Notes: generated by a model not told the origin, from the letters alone. A DNA stretch of 64,000 nt from Candidatus Bathyarchaeia archaeon (GCA_050015395.1 JBEKBM010000007.1:1-64000), one strand, 5' to 3'; counted from the stretch's first letter, positions 31,279 through 41,879 are shown. Numbers and translations: made by a program.

Positions 31279-31554
31279 CTATTCTTTTTTAGCTTCATCC
31301 TCAGCAATCATTCGTTTAAGCTTCTTCTCCATGTTCAGTTCATATTGGTGCTCTTTAACCATTGGCGGTAACGTTTTTTGTTTAAACAAAGTGTCTGGCG
31401 GTACAATGCGTTGTTCGCCTTTTTTAACGGTGATTCCCTCGCCTTCGGAACAATCCTCAAAATCTTCCAACGCTTCAACAATCCAGTAACCTTCACTTTT
31501 AGTTGAAACCTTAACCTTGTATAATCCCTTATAATAGCAAAATTCACTCACCAA
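31279..31554 (-). CDS. hypothetical protein
   Basis: 91-aa ORF with GGTGA Shine-Dalgarno-like sequence and protein-like composition. Confidence 0.6.
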   Translation of the reverse strand: MVSEFCYYKGLYKVKVSTKSEGYWIVEALEDFEDCSEGEGITVKKGEQRIVPPDTLFKQKTLPPMVKEHQYELNMEKKLKRMIAEDEAKKE

Positions 31555-32085
31555 ATCACCAATAGTATTTTCTTTAGGGTGTTATTTAGCTCTTTTTTCT
31601 GGTTCTGTGAAGTCTCTATCAGATTCGGGGGTTCATGTGAAATTTCATCGGATAATGGATTCATGTGAAAAGTTGTCTAGTGAGTGGCTTTTGATAGAAC
31701 TGTTAGTTGGACTAAAAATGTTCATATTATAAATTGGGTTGGGCTTGAATCTAGAAATGAGAATTTAAAGAAATGGGTTGATATGCAATGCATCAAAGAG
31801 ACCTCAACCTTGAGACTTGGCACTAAAGGCGATAAGCCAGCGCCTAAAATTGTGTTTCGTTATGGTTCTCAAGATAGACAGATTAAGAAGCTGTTGGAGA
31901 CTCGAAAGATTATTTTGGATTCTATAAAGCAGTTGTGCCAAGAGGCATGTAGAGCAAAAAAGGAAGGTAAAAATAAATAATGTGGAAAGATTGCGGTTAT
32001 ATTTCCTTGCTTGTAGAGTTAGCTCAAAAAAATATGCGGTAAAGCTTAAAAGGTCATTAATTGGAAATAGAAACAAGGCGATTTA

Positions 32086-32244
32086 ATGTCAAGAAAAAAA
32101 GTTGACATAAACTATAACACGAATACAAAAAAATACGGTAGTGTAGTAACTTGTGGATATTGTAAGGGAACTGGAAAAGACCCTTCGGCTTTTGTCACCT
32201 TACCATGTCCAGCCTGTGGTGGAAAAGGAAAAGTTAGAATATAG
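32086..32244 (+). CDS. 52-aa DnaJ-type zinc-finger microprotein (not in ORF track)
   Basis: MSRKK...CGYCKGTG...CPACGGKG KVRI*, two CxxCxGxG motifs. Confidence 0.75.
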   Translation: MSRKKVDINYNTNTKKYGSVVTCGYCKGTGKDPSAFVTLPCPACGGKGKVRI

Positions 32245-32440
32245 CCACGTATAAAATAAAATTTTGGGTAAAAAAATAATTAGGTACTTTTAGGGTTTGG
32301 TTAGCAAAAAATAGGCATAAAAAATAACATAAAAATAGCAAGATTAGATGGACAGCCGTTTGTTATCTTTTAGTTTTTAGGCATTTAAGCTGCGGAAAGT
32401 ATTAAGTTCTATAAGATACAAATAACAGACCCTAAAGGAA

Positions 32441-32653
32441 GTGAAAAAAATGGCAATAGAACTAAGGCGAACATATGTTCCAGTGCAAGCACCAAATCAA
32501 GACGAACTGGCTTACAACATAGCGAAATTAGTGATTCAAGGCGTAGACTTAGCCGTCAACGACCCTGAAAAAGCTGAAACAAGCACAAAGGCGTGCATAG
32601 CCGTTGGTCTCGTTGGAGCAGGTATTTGGGTGTTAGCGCAACTCTTCAAGTGA
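32441..32653 (+). CDS. small protein with C-terminal TM helix
   Basis: 70 aa; lies between 16-bp direct repeats. Confidence 0.5.
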   Translation: MKKMAIELRRTYVPVQAPNQDELAYNIAKLVIQGVDLAVNDPEKAETSTKACIAVGLVGAGIWVLAQLFK

Positions 32654-32725
32654 TAAAGAAGACGTGGGTTTAACCGCTCATAAAAAAAGAAAAAAATTTG
32701 GCTGGGCTAATAAAGTTCGGTACTT

Positions 32726-33091
32726 TTAGGGTTTAGAATCGTTTAACTTTTTTAGCTTATCTATTTCACGGTTTTGCATGTAACGAATTAGGAACCAGAT
32801 TATAAAAAATATCACGTCTGATATAAGCCAAACAAATACCACTAATCTAAATGCCAAATTCACTATCGAAGTTGGTATGTTAGGAACAGTAAAAGCTACA
32901 GTGAAAAAAGCAATAAAAACTGAGGCTGTAAAACTGACAAGCACGCTTATAAAGAAAATAAAACTGTTCTGTTTAGTTTGAACCTTAAGCATTTCTAATT
33001 GGAAATCTCTATCGTCCTTCTTATCGTTTAAATTATCAAGCTTAGACGATATTTCCTTTAACAATTTCACCGTTTCTTCATTGTCAGCCAT
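32726..33091 (-). CDS. two-TM hypothetical protein
   Basis: N-terminal coiled coil plus two hydrophobic helices. Confidence 0.6.
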   Translation of the reverse strand: MADNEETVKLLKEISSKLDNLNDKKDDRDFQLEMLKVQTKQNSFIFFISVLVSFTASVFIAFFTVAFTVPNIPTSIVNLAFRLVVFVWLISDVIFFIIWFLIRYMQNREIDKLKKLNDSKP

Positions 33092-33219
33092 GTTTAAGTT
33101 ATGTTTATGCTATTTGGATTTATGGTTTTTCTTTTCTGAAGTTCTTTTTATGGTTTATTGGTTTTGGCAATTTTACAAAAAGTCAAAAAAACTCAAGTAA
33201 GTGGGGGCGTGAGATAAAC

Positions 33220-35721
33220 CTATGGAGGTGCATTCAACAAATCTTTTCCTCTGCTCCAGCAACTATCAAATTGTCTCCTTTTGTCGGGTCCGCTTCTAAG
33301 ACTTTTGATATCGCCATATTTCTTGTTAATTATGTTCCAGGGCGGGGTGTTATAGACAATTTCATCAGATATTAAGTATCTATCGTGAAAAGCAGTAGCA
33401 TCCGCGTCATCAGGTACTCTAAATTCGACTAATATGCCCCTTTTCTCTTGTTCCGTCTTAAACGCTTTATATTCTTCCCTCAAAGTTGTGCCCAACCTAG
33501 ATTTGCCGCCAAGGATTTTCAATTTTGAAACTTTAGCTGGGTCCAATTTCACAAAAAACTTGAATCCTTCTGCATCAAAATCCTTGTCAAAGATTTCCAC
33601 AATACCTCTTAGGTTTGCAATAACTTCATTTAGTTTCTGCAAATTAGTGAATGGGGTGTCTCTGCTCATAGTGATTTCAGATAAGGGAGCTGTTGCCTTA
33701 AGGGCAATGTACCGCTCAAATAGCGACCTGCATATGTCGCTGGTTGTTTCTCGGACAATCCCTATCGAAGGGCATGTTTCCTTGGTCTCGCTCAAGTAGT
33801 AATTAATCCGAGTTCTAAGTTCATGAGAGAAACCAAGCTCTTTAAAAAGAGAGTTACGTTTTTTCTTTCTCAGAATTCCTTTCTCAACAACTGTTTTCTG
33901 CCCGGACAACAGAGATAGTATCCTTTCCAGAAACTCATCAATTTGGTCTATCGTTTGCTTATTGCATTCCTTCATGTCAAGAATTTGATCCATATATGAA
34001 TCGATGAGTTCTCGAGAATTAAGTTTTAAAATAATCTGGTCTGGTTCCTTTACTGTTGACGGAAGTTTCCTGTAAAAAACTTCTGCATTTTCAGAAACTA
34101 TTATCAATTTTCGATTTGATTCGTTTTGTTCTAAGTAGGATGCAAAAGCCTTTTTGAATTCTTCGTTAATATAATTTTGGGGTGACTTTGGGCGTCTAAC
34201 ACTTGCATACGCAATAACGGGAGAACGGTCAGAAAAGCGATCTAGAACTTGATCCTTGGTAAACCACATTTTTCCGGAGATCTCGAAGATGGAGTCGATT
34301 GCATTCCTGAAGTCTGGCTTAGGTATTTGATCAATGTTCAATATCGGGTTGTCCATTCTTTTTACAGCTGCGGCAAGTACCTTGCCCATTACCTCAGGAT
34401 GATCTTTCAACTCATCGAAGAGCGCTACCAAATCTTTCGACAATTCTCTGTATGTTCCTCTATCCTCTAAACAACCAATGAATGTTAAGGTCAGCACCTT
34501 GTCGTTCCATTCATCATCAGACCATTCGATACCTAGCGTTCTTGTTCTCAGAGATAAGTCCTTGTCCAGTTTCTTTGGTATTTCACGAAAGTTATTATAG
34601 AATATGTACAAGACTTCATCTACTCTTTTTTCAATGGCCCTTTTCAGTTTCACGTAAGTTTCCATGTTTTTTTGAAGATACTTCAAAGAGCGATCCATAT
34701 GTTCTTCCTTTACAAGGACCTCCTCAACAAATCCAGGGCCGATTTTTGGGACCTTTCTCAAAGCTCCATCATTCATAATTTCTGTAGCTAGAATAATTAT
34801 CCTCCTTGGGATACCTTTTGTTAACTCTTGTAGCTTTTTGTAAGCATCGTCTGTGAAAGGAATATCAGATGGTTGAATTGAAAAATTCTGTTGCAGATTT
34901 ACTTCAACTAAGCGTCGGACGTCATCGATACTTGCAAATAGTGGAACGTTGAATACTTTGCCCAAGAAAAAATTAAATTCATCACCAATTCTAATCCTCT
35001 CGACCCAGCTTTCATGACCCGCGAAAAAAGCAACGAAACCAAATTTGTCATAAAGCTCTTCAAAAAGTCCTTGATTTCCGCTTAGAAAGGAAAGAACATG
35101 TTCTTCCACAGTGATTTTGTCCATCTCGTCCAGAAGCAAAACATATTTTGAAAATACACCCTTATTCCTTAGCGGTAGCAGCCCCGTTTCAAGAATTTGG
35201 TCAAATTTCTCCGTAAGTTTTTCAACACTCATATCTGCAAGTGTTTGGCTGAATTTTTCTATCCCATTTTTGTGTTCTTCCAACCAGCGAAGCTCTCTTT
35301 TAATGTCTTCAGCATATTCCAGATCGAAAATCACGGCGGCTTTTCTTAAGTCAGAATCAATGCTCAGAAATTCCTTCAGGAGACCCTTTACGAATTGATG
35401 CTGAACGCTGGGCATTTTTGTTTTTTCGTCCTCGCCTCTTGTCACTTTCAAGCGGATTGGAAGTGCTCTGAGATTAGGTAGATTTTTGTAAAGATATCTG
35501 GCAGCGTAACTAAGCATGGTAGATTTGCCTGTACCGCCGTAGGGGCTTGAAATCCAAAACTTGCCATGCTGTTCGCGTATATTTTCCAGATAAGAATCTA
35601 ATTCATCATAAACAGGTTGAAGTCTTACAAATGACTCATCAAATGTCAGGCTAAGAGGATTCAACGGTTCTCCTGGAAGAGAGATTGGAAATTTGTGCTG
35701 GTTGTACCAATCGGTACTCAA
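33220..35721 (-). CDS. AAA+/P-loop NTPase with C-terminal PLD-like domain (candidate defence protein)
   Basis: 'SPYGGTGKST', 'YVLLLDEMDK', 'GIPRRI'; C-terminal 'FHDRYLISD'. Confidence 0.7.
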   Translation of the reverse strand: MSTDWYNQHKFPISLPGEPLNPLSLTFDESFVRLQPVYDELDSYLENIREQHGKFWISSPYGGTGKSTMLSYAARYLYKNLPNLRALPIRLKVTRGEDEKTKMPSVQHQFVKGLLKEFLSIDSDLRKAAVIFDLEYAEDIKRELRWLEEHKNGIEKFSQTLADMSVEKLTEKFDQILETGLLPLRNKGVFSKYVLLLDEMDKITVEEHVLSFLSGNQGLFEELYDKFGFVAFFAGHESWVERIRIGDEFNFFLGKVFNVPLFASIDDVRRLVEVNLQQNFSIQPSDIPFTDDAYKKLQELTKGIPRRIIILATEIMNDGALRKVPKIGPGFVEEVLVKEEHMDRSLKYLQKNMETYVKLKRAIEKRVDEVLYIFYNNFREIPKKLDKDLSLRTRTLGIEWSDDEWNDKVLTLTFIGCLEDRGTYRELSKDLVALFDELKDHPEVMGKVLAAAVKRMDNPILNIDQIPKPDFRNAIDSIFEISGKMWFTKDQVLDRFSDRSPVIAYASVRRPKSPQNYINEEFKKAFASYLEQNESNRKLIIVSENAEVFYRKLPSTVKEPDQIILKLNSRELIDSYMDQILDMKECNKQTIDQIDEFLERILSLLSGQKTVVEKGILRKKKRNSLFKELGFSHELRTRINYYLSETKETCPSIGIVRETTSDICRSLFERYIALKATAPLSEITMSRDTPFTNLQKLNEVIANLRGIVEIFDKDFDAEGFKFFVKLDPAKVSKLKILGGKSRLGTTLREEYKAFKTEQEKRGILVEFRVPDDADATAFHDRYLISDEIVYNTPPWNIINKKYGDIKSLRSGPDKRRQFDSCWSRGKDLLNAPP

Positions 35722-35900
35722 ATGTTGTCCCCAAGAGTTATATTTTGAATAGTACCCTTTAACTTTTACTTATCCTATCGACCAAATCTCTGAGATGAAC
35801 AAGGCTACAAGAAATACTCAATAGCTCAGCCTCAAACTCTTTACATACAGAAAAAGTACTATTTCATGTAGAAAGTGCGGGCATTATTTCTATGTTGAAG

Positions 35901-35958
35901 TATGTTGAATCATATTTGAAGCATATTAGAAGCATATAGTAGACCGAGGGGGTAGGCT
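35901..35958. repeat. dispersed ~57-bp intergenic repeat, copy 2
   Basis: Near-identical to 2381-2437. Confidence 0.85.
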
Positions 35959-36088
35959 GTGAGAGAGCAAAACGCTGCTTGACCTACAGGATAGCCTACT
36001 ATTTGTGCAAAAAACCAACCACAAAAAGCAAACAAAAGCCACGAGCGAAATACATACGGAAAAAACAAATTCGGGTTCTCTTGACAGG

Positions 36089-37432
36089 CTACAGCTGGTA
36101 TTCCTCGCCTTTTTCCACAAGCGTCACTTGACCTTTCGAGTCGCCCATAAATCTCTTGAACAGCTCAGCGTTTTCCGTGTGGATTGGGAAAACCTGTTTA
36201 GCATTTATCTTTTTGAGCGCTGCCTTCAGCTGCAACGGCATCATGTGGCCTGAGACATGCACATGGTACTGCGGCAAGCCATAGTGGCTCAGCCAATTAA
36301 CCAAGCGTTCATAATCAATCTCCATCTCCTCATTGAACGGTTCCGATGCAGACAAGACATAGCAACTTCCGGCTACAGGCTGAATAGCATTAAGCTCCTC
36401 AAAATCATAAAAGCTAACCGCTAAAACAACCTTACACTGCTGCTTCGAAACCTCGAACACGTCAAAAATCTTGCCATCCCCCTCAAAGCGTTCAATCAAC
36501 TGTTTTTCCCACTTGTCATAGCGCTTCTTCGACTTTCGAAAAATCAATATCCCCTCATCATCCAGCGCTGGAACCTGCAAGTGCACGTCGTTGTGAAGTG
36601 CATCCAGCAAATACGCTTGTTTTAGTGAAACAGCCAAGCACCGATTGTTCTTCTTAGCCATTCGGTAAAACGTGTTGAGGCGGTCAACATCCGAGTAACC
36701 AAATTCTGCAAGCAAGATGCCGTCAACTTGTGATGCAATCTTGTCCAGTTTCGCTTCAACTTCCACTTCGTTGGAAACTGTTGCCCCCGTCATGTTAGTG
36801 GCTTCAGTCACAATTGCCACAGGCTCAGCCTCCTTGGCTTTCTCCACAAATTCCTGAGTCATCTCTGGCTTGGCACCATGATCTCGAAAATCACCCGTGT
36901 AAACTATTGTGCCGTTTGAAGTGTGAATCAGAAAGCCGTAGGCGCCTGGAACTGAATGGTCAACATGGAACGGCTTAACTACTAAATTGTCTATCTGAAT
37001 TTTTTTGCCTGTTCTGAAAACGTTAAAGTTGATGTCTGCAACGTTGAATTCCAAATCAGCGCGCCGAATGTCGCTTAGGGTTCGCAGAATGGTTTGGGTT
37101 GTTTCGCCGCAGTACACGGGAATTTCCCGTTTAATAAATGACAAATAAGCCGAATGATCCAAATGCCCGTGAGAAAGGAATACAGCGTTTGTTTCAGGCG
37201 GGCTTTGGTCAAACTTGTATATTCCCTGAATCTGCGGTAGGATTCCGAGTTCTTGAAGGCTTTTCTCGCTTTTAGGCGAAAGGAAAGGAGGCGAGTAAAA
37301 CTGTTTTTTAGCGGTAAAAGACATGCCAAAATCAAAGAAAACTCTGGTGCCTCTGTCTTGAAGTAGAATTTTGTTTCCGCCTATCTCGTTAACTCCTCCA
37401 TAGAAGGTTAAGGTTGTCTGGTCCTTTACCAT
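36089..37432 (-). CDS. metallo-beta-lactamase/beta-CASP RNase J-like nuclease
   Basis: 'GGVNEIGGN', 'SHGHLDH', 'DHSVPG', 'YTGDFR', 'HVSGH', 'PIH'. Confidence 0.85.
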   Translation of the reverse strand: MVKDQTTLTFYGGVNEIGGNKILLQDRGTRVFFDFGMSFTAKKQFYSPPFLSPKSEKSLQELGILPQIQGIYKFDQSPPETNAVFLSHGHLDHSAYLSFIKREIPVYCGETTQTILRTLSDIRRADLEFNVADINFNVFRTGKKIQIDNLVVKPFHVDHSVPGAYGFLIHTSNGTIVYTGDFRDHGAKPEMTQEFVEKAKEAEPVAIVTEATNMTGATVSNEVEVEAKLDKIASQVDGILLAEFGYSDVDRLNTFYRMAKKNNRCLAVSLKQAYLLDALHNDVHLQVPALDDEGILIFRKSKKRYDKWEKQLIERFEGDGKIFDVFEVSKQQCKVVLAVSFYDFEELNAIQPVAGSCYVLSASEPFNEEMEIDYERLVNWLSHYGLPQYHVHVSGHMMPLQLKAALKKINAKQVFPIHTENAELFKRFMGDSKGQVTLVEKGEEYQL

Positions 37433-37438
37433 GCACTT

Positions 37439-39145
37439 TCACTTCGGCGTTTCTGTTTTTTTGCAGACGTTTGAAATAACAGAAATAATGGTGAACATTG
37501 TGAATATGCTAAAAATCCGTGTGTACTTGGAAGCCCCAGCCTTTTTAACGACCTCGACGTCTCCGCCACCCTTCAAGTAGCCGTTTATGAACGCTTTAGC
37601 AATCGCTTCAGCTTTAGCATTCCCATAAAGCGGTTGAAGGTAATGACCTGAATAATACAAAAACACAGCAACATCCCAAGCTTTATCGCCGTCGGCGTCT
37701 TGAGCAGCCTGTTCAAAATCAATCATGTAGATAGTGCCATCGGATGTAACCAGCATGTTTTCCGGCTTGGTATCTCCTAAAACGATATTGTGCGAATGAA
37801 CATGCGCAAGTATTTCGCCTGCTTTGCTCAGATTAGCGAGTTCCTCTTCAAACGTTTCTTGCTCTGTCGCCGTGGCTATGCGTTTGATAGCTTGGCTGAG
37901 GCTCTCTCCCTCAATGTACTCCATGAAAATTAAACGCTCAGCATTACTTACATGTAAAATCTTTGGTACATTAAACCCTTCACTGCGCAAAAACTCGCTT
38001 ATTGCGCATTCCTTTGCGAGTCTAGCTTGGCCTGAAACAGCAAAGGACCTTGCGCCGAAAGACCATAAAGTTAATGGAAACCATTTGAAGCCTGACCAAT
38101 CTTTAAAGCGTTTAGCTATCACCCTTGTTTCACTGTCATTTCCGTGAGCAACAATTAGGTACACGTCGTTTAACATTCCGCCGATCGGTTCAACCTTGAC
38201 ATCTTCGCTTTGACCCTTCAAAAGCATTTTTTGAGCATAGCCTTTGATGTCAATTTTATCTGACATTGAAATCAAGCCTTCTGAAGTTTGAAAGAAAACG
38301 TATTTTAGAGGATCCATGAGTAGGTAGGTTGGGTCAGGAACTGTTCTCCAGTTAATCTTTTGTGTTCTAAGAAACGCTTCAGTGTTCTGTGAAAAAATGT
38401 TCATGAGTTGAGGGAAAAAACCAAACAACGAAGTGAAAAGTGTTCGAGGAGCATTTTTTGACAAGTTAATTATTTTGATTCTTGGGTCTTGGCATCGGGT
38501 GATAAGTTTTTTTGAAATCTTTATGTAACTGTCAAAAAAGTAAATTTTGCCTTCAGCTTCAAGTTGCCTTAACGCTTCATTGTAGCTGCCAAGGGCGTCG
38601 TCTTCATTTAAAGCGAGTCCATTCAGCACATTTGAAAGATCATAAGCAAGTAAAGGGAAAACTCGGATTCGACTCAAAAGCACCTCATACATGAAATATT
38701 GCGGTTTAATCTGAATTCGAGGGGAAAGCTCTGGAAAACTCGACGCTAAATTTTCAAGTAATTCCAGAATCAAACGCTTCTTCAACGTTACCTCTTTTTC
38801 GTGCAGGTAATCGTCGCCGTAAAGGGCTGAGTGAGGAAAAATAAGTTTACTTGCAATGGCTTCTCCCAGAAAGCCTCTTTCGATATCTCGCTCGAAAATC
38901 CACTGGTCAACCGCAAAAACGAAAATAGGTCTTTCATTTACTGTTTTTATGTAACTCATTACTCTGGGTTGAAAATCACGGATAACAAGCATTACGTCTA
39001 TTACTGTTTTCTCACTAGCTGTTTTCACTGTATACTTATCAACCTGTGCTATAGCGGTGATACTTGCGGAGCCAGCGACATGTCTACAAAACTCAAATAT
39101 TTGATTATTCAATTCATGGTTTGTAAGGTTGCTAATTTGTTTCAA
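37439..39145 (-). CDS. degenerate nucleotidyltransferase-like N-terminus fused to protein-kinase-like (RIO/APH-type) domain
   Basis: 'IAKRF', 'MEYIEG', 'LGDTKPENM', 'IDFEQ', 'AWDVA'. Confidence 0.7.
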   Translation of the reverse strand: MKQISNLTNHELNNQIFEFCRHVAGSASITAIAQVDKYTVKTASEKTVIDVMLVIRDFQPRVMSYIKTVNERPIFVFAVDQWIFERDIERGFLGEAIASKLIFPHSALYGDDYLHEKEVTLKKRLILELLENLASSFPELSPRIQIKPQYFMYEVLLSRIRVFPLLAYDLSNVLNGLALNEDDALGSYNEALRQLEAEGKIYFFDSYIKISKKLITRCQDPRIKIINLSKNAPRTLFTSLFGFFPQLMNIFSQNTEAFLRTQKINWRTVPDPTYLLMDPLKYVFFQTSEGLISMSDKIDIKGYAQKMLLKGQSEDVKVEPIGGMLNDVYLIVAHGNDSETRVIAKRFKDWSGFKWFPLTLWSFGARSFAVSGQARLAKECAISEFLRSEGFNVPKILHVSNAERLIFMEYIEGESLSQAIKRIATATEQETFEEELANLSKAGEILAHVHSHNIVLGDTKPENMLVTSDGTIYMIDFEQAAQDADGDKAWDVAVFLYYSGHYLQPLYGNAKAEAIAKAFINGYLKGGGDVEVVKKAGASKYTRIFSIFTMFTIISVISNVCKKTETPK

Positions 39146-39276
39146 TTGAGTCTTCCAATATAGAATTAGCTGTTGATATATTTAAAACACGGTTGTTAAT
39201 AAGTCGGCAAGTAATTTTTTGATTGAATACAAAAACTAGATAAAGGCTACCTTTTAGCGGAACGCTTCATTTTTTC

Positions 39277-39729
39277 TTAGTGGATTTGTAATGCTAAGCG
39301 GCTTGTTTGTGCGCTTATGCCTTTCTTAGCTATTATGGCTACTGCTGACTGGGTAGATGGTTCCATAGTTTCTGTGTTTGTTTGTGTCCCTATTTTTCGG
39401 CATATCATGTTTAGGGACTCTTCGGTGAAGTCCAGCATGTTTTGTCCATTGCTTGTTAGGCTGTAAATTTTTCTTGGCCTTTCAGCGTTCATGTTCCATT
39501 CACTTTTTACGAAGCCTTTCTTTTCAAGAGTGTTTAGCAAAGGGTAGACGGTGCTTGGGCCGAAGTACACGCCGAAGTTTTTGCGGATTTTGATTATTAT
39601 TTGGTATCCGTGCATGGGTTGTGTGCTTACGAATTGCAGTATTATTAGGTCCAGTAAGCCTTTAGTTAGTTTGGTTGAAACCTCTTTTTGGGAGTTTATC
39701 GCTCTTAACATTTTTCTCTTTCTCCTCAC
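39277..39729 (-). CDS. PadR family regulator
   Basis: 'PMHGYQI', 'PSTVYPLL..LE..G', 'RPRKIYSLT'. Confidence 0.9.
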   Translation of the reverse strand: MRRKRKMLRAINSQKEVSTKLTKGLLDLIILQFVSTQPMHGYQIIIKIRKNFGVYFGPSTVYPLLNTLEKKGFVKSEWNMNAERPRKIYSLTSNGQNMLDFTEESLNMICRKIGTQTNTETMEPSTQSAVAIIAKKGISAQTSRLALQIH

Positions 39730-39771
39730 CTGTTTTTTTGTTGAACAGTTTTGCTGTTCTACGTATATACA

Positions 39772-39793
39772 ATATGTCCTTTTTCGGACATAT
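39772..39793. promoter_or_regulatory. palindromic operator between divergent PadR genes
   Basis: ATATGTCC-N6-GGACATAT perfect 8-bp inverted repeat. Confidence 0.5.
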
Positions 39794-39953
39794 CTTGAGT
39801 ATTTAATATTAATAAACCCTAATATAAAGCTTCATACATAACCAAAGCATACAAAAACATAACAGCGCAATATAACCATAAAACAAAATTAACATAAGCT
39901 AAATAAATCGAAACATCAACAAACTCATACAACAGCCAACAGGAAAGAAACCC

Positions 39954-40286
39954 ATGTCTGAAACATACAAAAAAGAAATTGTACAACACATAATCAGAAA
40001 CTTACTAGACATGCAACTATTAAGAATAGTGCAAGCTCAACCAACATGGGGATATAAAATCAAAAAACAAGTAGAAGCAGATTTCAACATAAAACTAAGA
40101 CATGGCGCACTCTACCCCGCACTGAACACTCTTGAACAAAGAGGTTTTCTTGAAAGCAAAAAACAACAAAAAGATGGGCGTTCCCGCAAAGTCTATGCTA
40201 TAACAGAAAACGGCAAAGCCTACCTGCAAACCTACTACGGCATACTGCAAGGTCAACTGGGCAGTGGAAATATAAAAACCAGTTAA
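39954..40286 (+). CDS. PadR family regulator
   Basis: 'WGYKI', 'GALYPAL..LE..G', 'RKVYAITENG'. Confidence 0.9.
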   Translation: MSETYKKEIVQHIIRNLLDMQLLRIVQAQPTWGYKIKKQVEADFNIKLRHGALYPALNTLEQRGFLESKKQQKDGRSRKVYAITENGKAYLQTYYGILQGQLGSGNIKTS

Positions 40287-40417
40287 CCTCAAATTGCGTT
40301 TATTGCTTAAAAAATTTTTGATTTTTTGATTTATACTTTAACATGCCAACTAGATTAGCCAATGAATAAGCATCAAAAAGCTTTTATTCTAAAAAAGACG
40401 ACAGAAAACGGGGAAAA

Positions 40418-41089
40418 ATGATGACTTTAGAATCGAGCAAAAATTTGGGCGGCATAGGCGCAATACTAATACTGGTAGGCTCATTGGTTTCCACCTATAC
40501 TTTTGGCGTTCTTGACCTTATTGGCGTAATACTTGTTTTCGTTGCACTGAACGGTTTAGCGAATTATTACCATGAAAGAGGCATATTCACTAATGCAATT
40601 TACAGTCTCGTTGCAGGCATAGTGGGCGTAGTAGCGGCAGCTGCGGCGGCTCTCTACATAATTTTTGACACAACCATACTGACAGGTTTTCTTAAGGATC
40701 TTTATCCGTCGTGGAACGGCAGTTGGTCAACAATTTCGTCACTTAGCGGCATGACACCCAGCACTTCAAGCATAACTACAAGTGATATCACATCCATACT
40801 GGGCGCAGTATTTTTAGTGCTGGTGGTTCTGTGGGTTTTCGCTATAGTTGCAGCTTTCTTCGCCAGGCGATCACTCAAAACTCTTTCATCAAAAACAAGC
40901 GTAGGTTTATTCTCAACTGCAGCGCTACTGCTAATCATAGGCGCATTTCTAACAATAATTTTCATAGGTGCCCTTCTGATGTGGATCGCTGCACTTTTGA
41001 TTGCCATTGCCTTCTTCCAGATAAAACCGCAACCAGAACAACCCGTAGCAACAGCAACTCCTCCGCCGACAACGCCGACACCAGTTTAA
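40418..41089 (+). CDS. DUF996-like membrane protein
   Basis: 'K.LGGIGAIL', 'LF.TAALL.IIGA.L.II.IG..L' pattern. Confidence 0.75.
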   Translation: MMTLESSKNLGGIGAILILVGSLVSTYTFGVLDLIGVILVFVALNGLANYYHERGIFTNAIYSLVAGIVGVVAAAAAALYIIFDTTILTGFLKDLYPSWNGSWSTISSLSGMTPSTSSITTSDITSILGAVFLVLVVLWVFAIVAAFFARRSLKTLSSKTSVGLFSTAALLLIIGAFLTIIFIGALLMWIAALLIAIAFFQIKPQPEQPVATATPPPTTPTPV

Positions 41090-41271
41090 AAAGCGCTAAA
41101 AATCACCCTTTTTTTTCAATTTTATGCATGTCTTAAACTGGGAATTTTGGTTGTTGCCTGAAGGTGGGGTCTTTTGCGTAGGCGTTTTTGTGTGTGTGCG
41201 CAAGGGTACCCGATAGGAGGGCAAAGCATATACGGAAAGTCAATACAGTTCGTCGATACAGGAGAGCATCA

Positions 41272-41606
41272 TTGCCCAAAGTTTTTAAAGCGTTCAGGTT
41301 TGACCCTCAACTATACGTGAATTTCAAGAAGCTAGCAAGCAAAAAACGGCTACACCGCAACCGCTGCACTTGAAAAGTTCATGGCGGGCGCAGTCCAGTT
41401 TAGGCTTGTTTTTCCGTCGGCCAAAAATGAGGCGGCGCAAGCTGAAGCGCGTGTTATGCTGGCTTGGCTCAAAGAGGGCAAATACTGGGTAAACCTCGGA
41501 GAAAAAGCTGAAACAAGCACAAAAGGACGCCTACTTCAGCTTCTGCCAGATTGAAGACGCCGATTTGCGGAGAGACATTGAAGAGACACTGAAGAAGATG
41601 ACTTAG
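41272..41606 (+). pseudogene. frameshifted RHH-like DNA-binding protein gene
   Basis: MPKVFKAFRFDPQLY..FKKLASK / NGYTATAALEKFM...EARVMLAWLKEG...LLQLLP / IEDADLRRDIEETLKKMT; two frameshifts. Confidence 0.6.
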
Positions 41607-41675
41607 CCTTTCGAGTTTTTCCCGTTGATTGTAAAGGGAAAGCTTAAAGAATTTCCGAGTGCCATATGCAGATAT

Positions 41676-41879
41676 ATGCTCAGCTACAGAGTGATCATAG
41701 AGAAGGACGAAGACGGCGTTCTTATCGCTAAGGTTCCTGACCTGCCTGGTTGCGCCACCGAGGGTAAAACAAGGGAGGAACTGATGAAAAACGTCAAAGA
41801 AGCCATACAAGCATACCTTGAAGCGCTAAAGGAACACGGCGACCCAGTACCAATCGAAACGGTGCAAGTCAGTGTCTAA
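41676..41879 (+). CDS. hicB: HicB family antitoxin
   Basis: 'YRVIIEKDEDG....VPDLPGCATEGKT.EE...N..EAI..YLE'. Confidence 0.92.
   Translation: MLSYRVIIEKDEDGVLIAKVPDLPGCATEGKTREELMKNVKEAIQAYLEALKEHGDPVPIETVQVSV

Noticed and set aside
32567-32589. 23-bp match (GAAAAAGCTGAAACAAGCACAAA) to the hicBA-flanking repeat
   Set aside because: A-rich, no extension on either side, unrelated ORFs; no mechanism can be supported.
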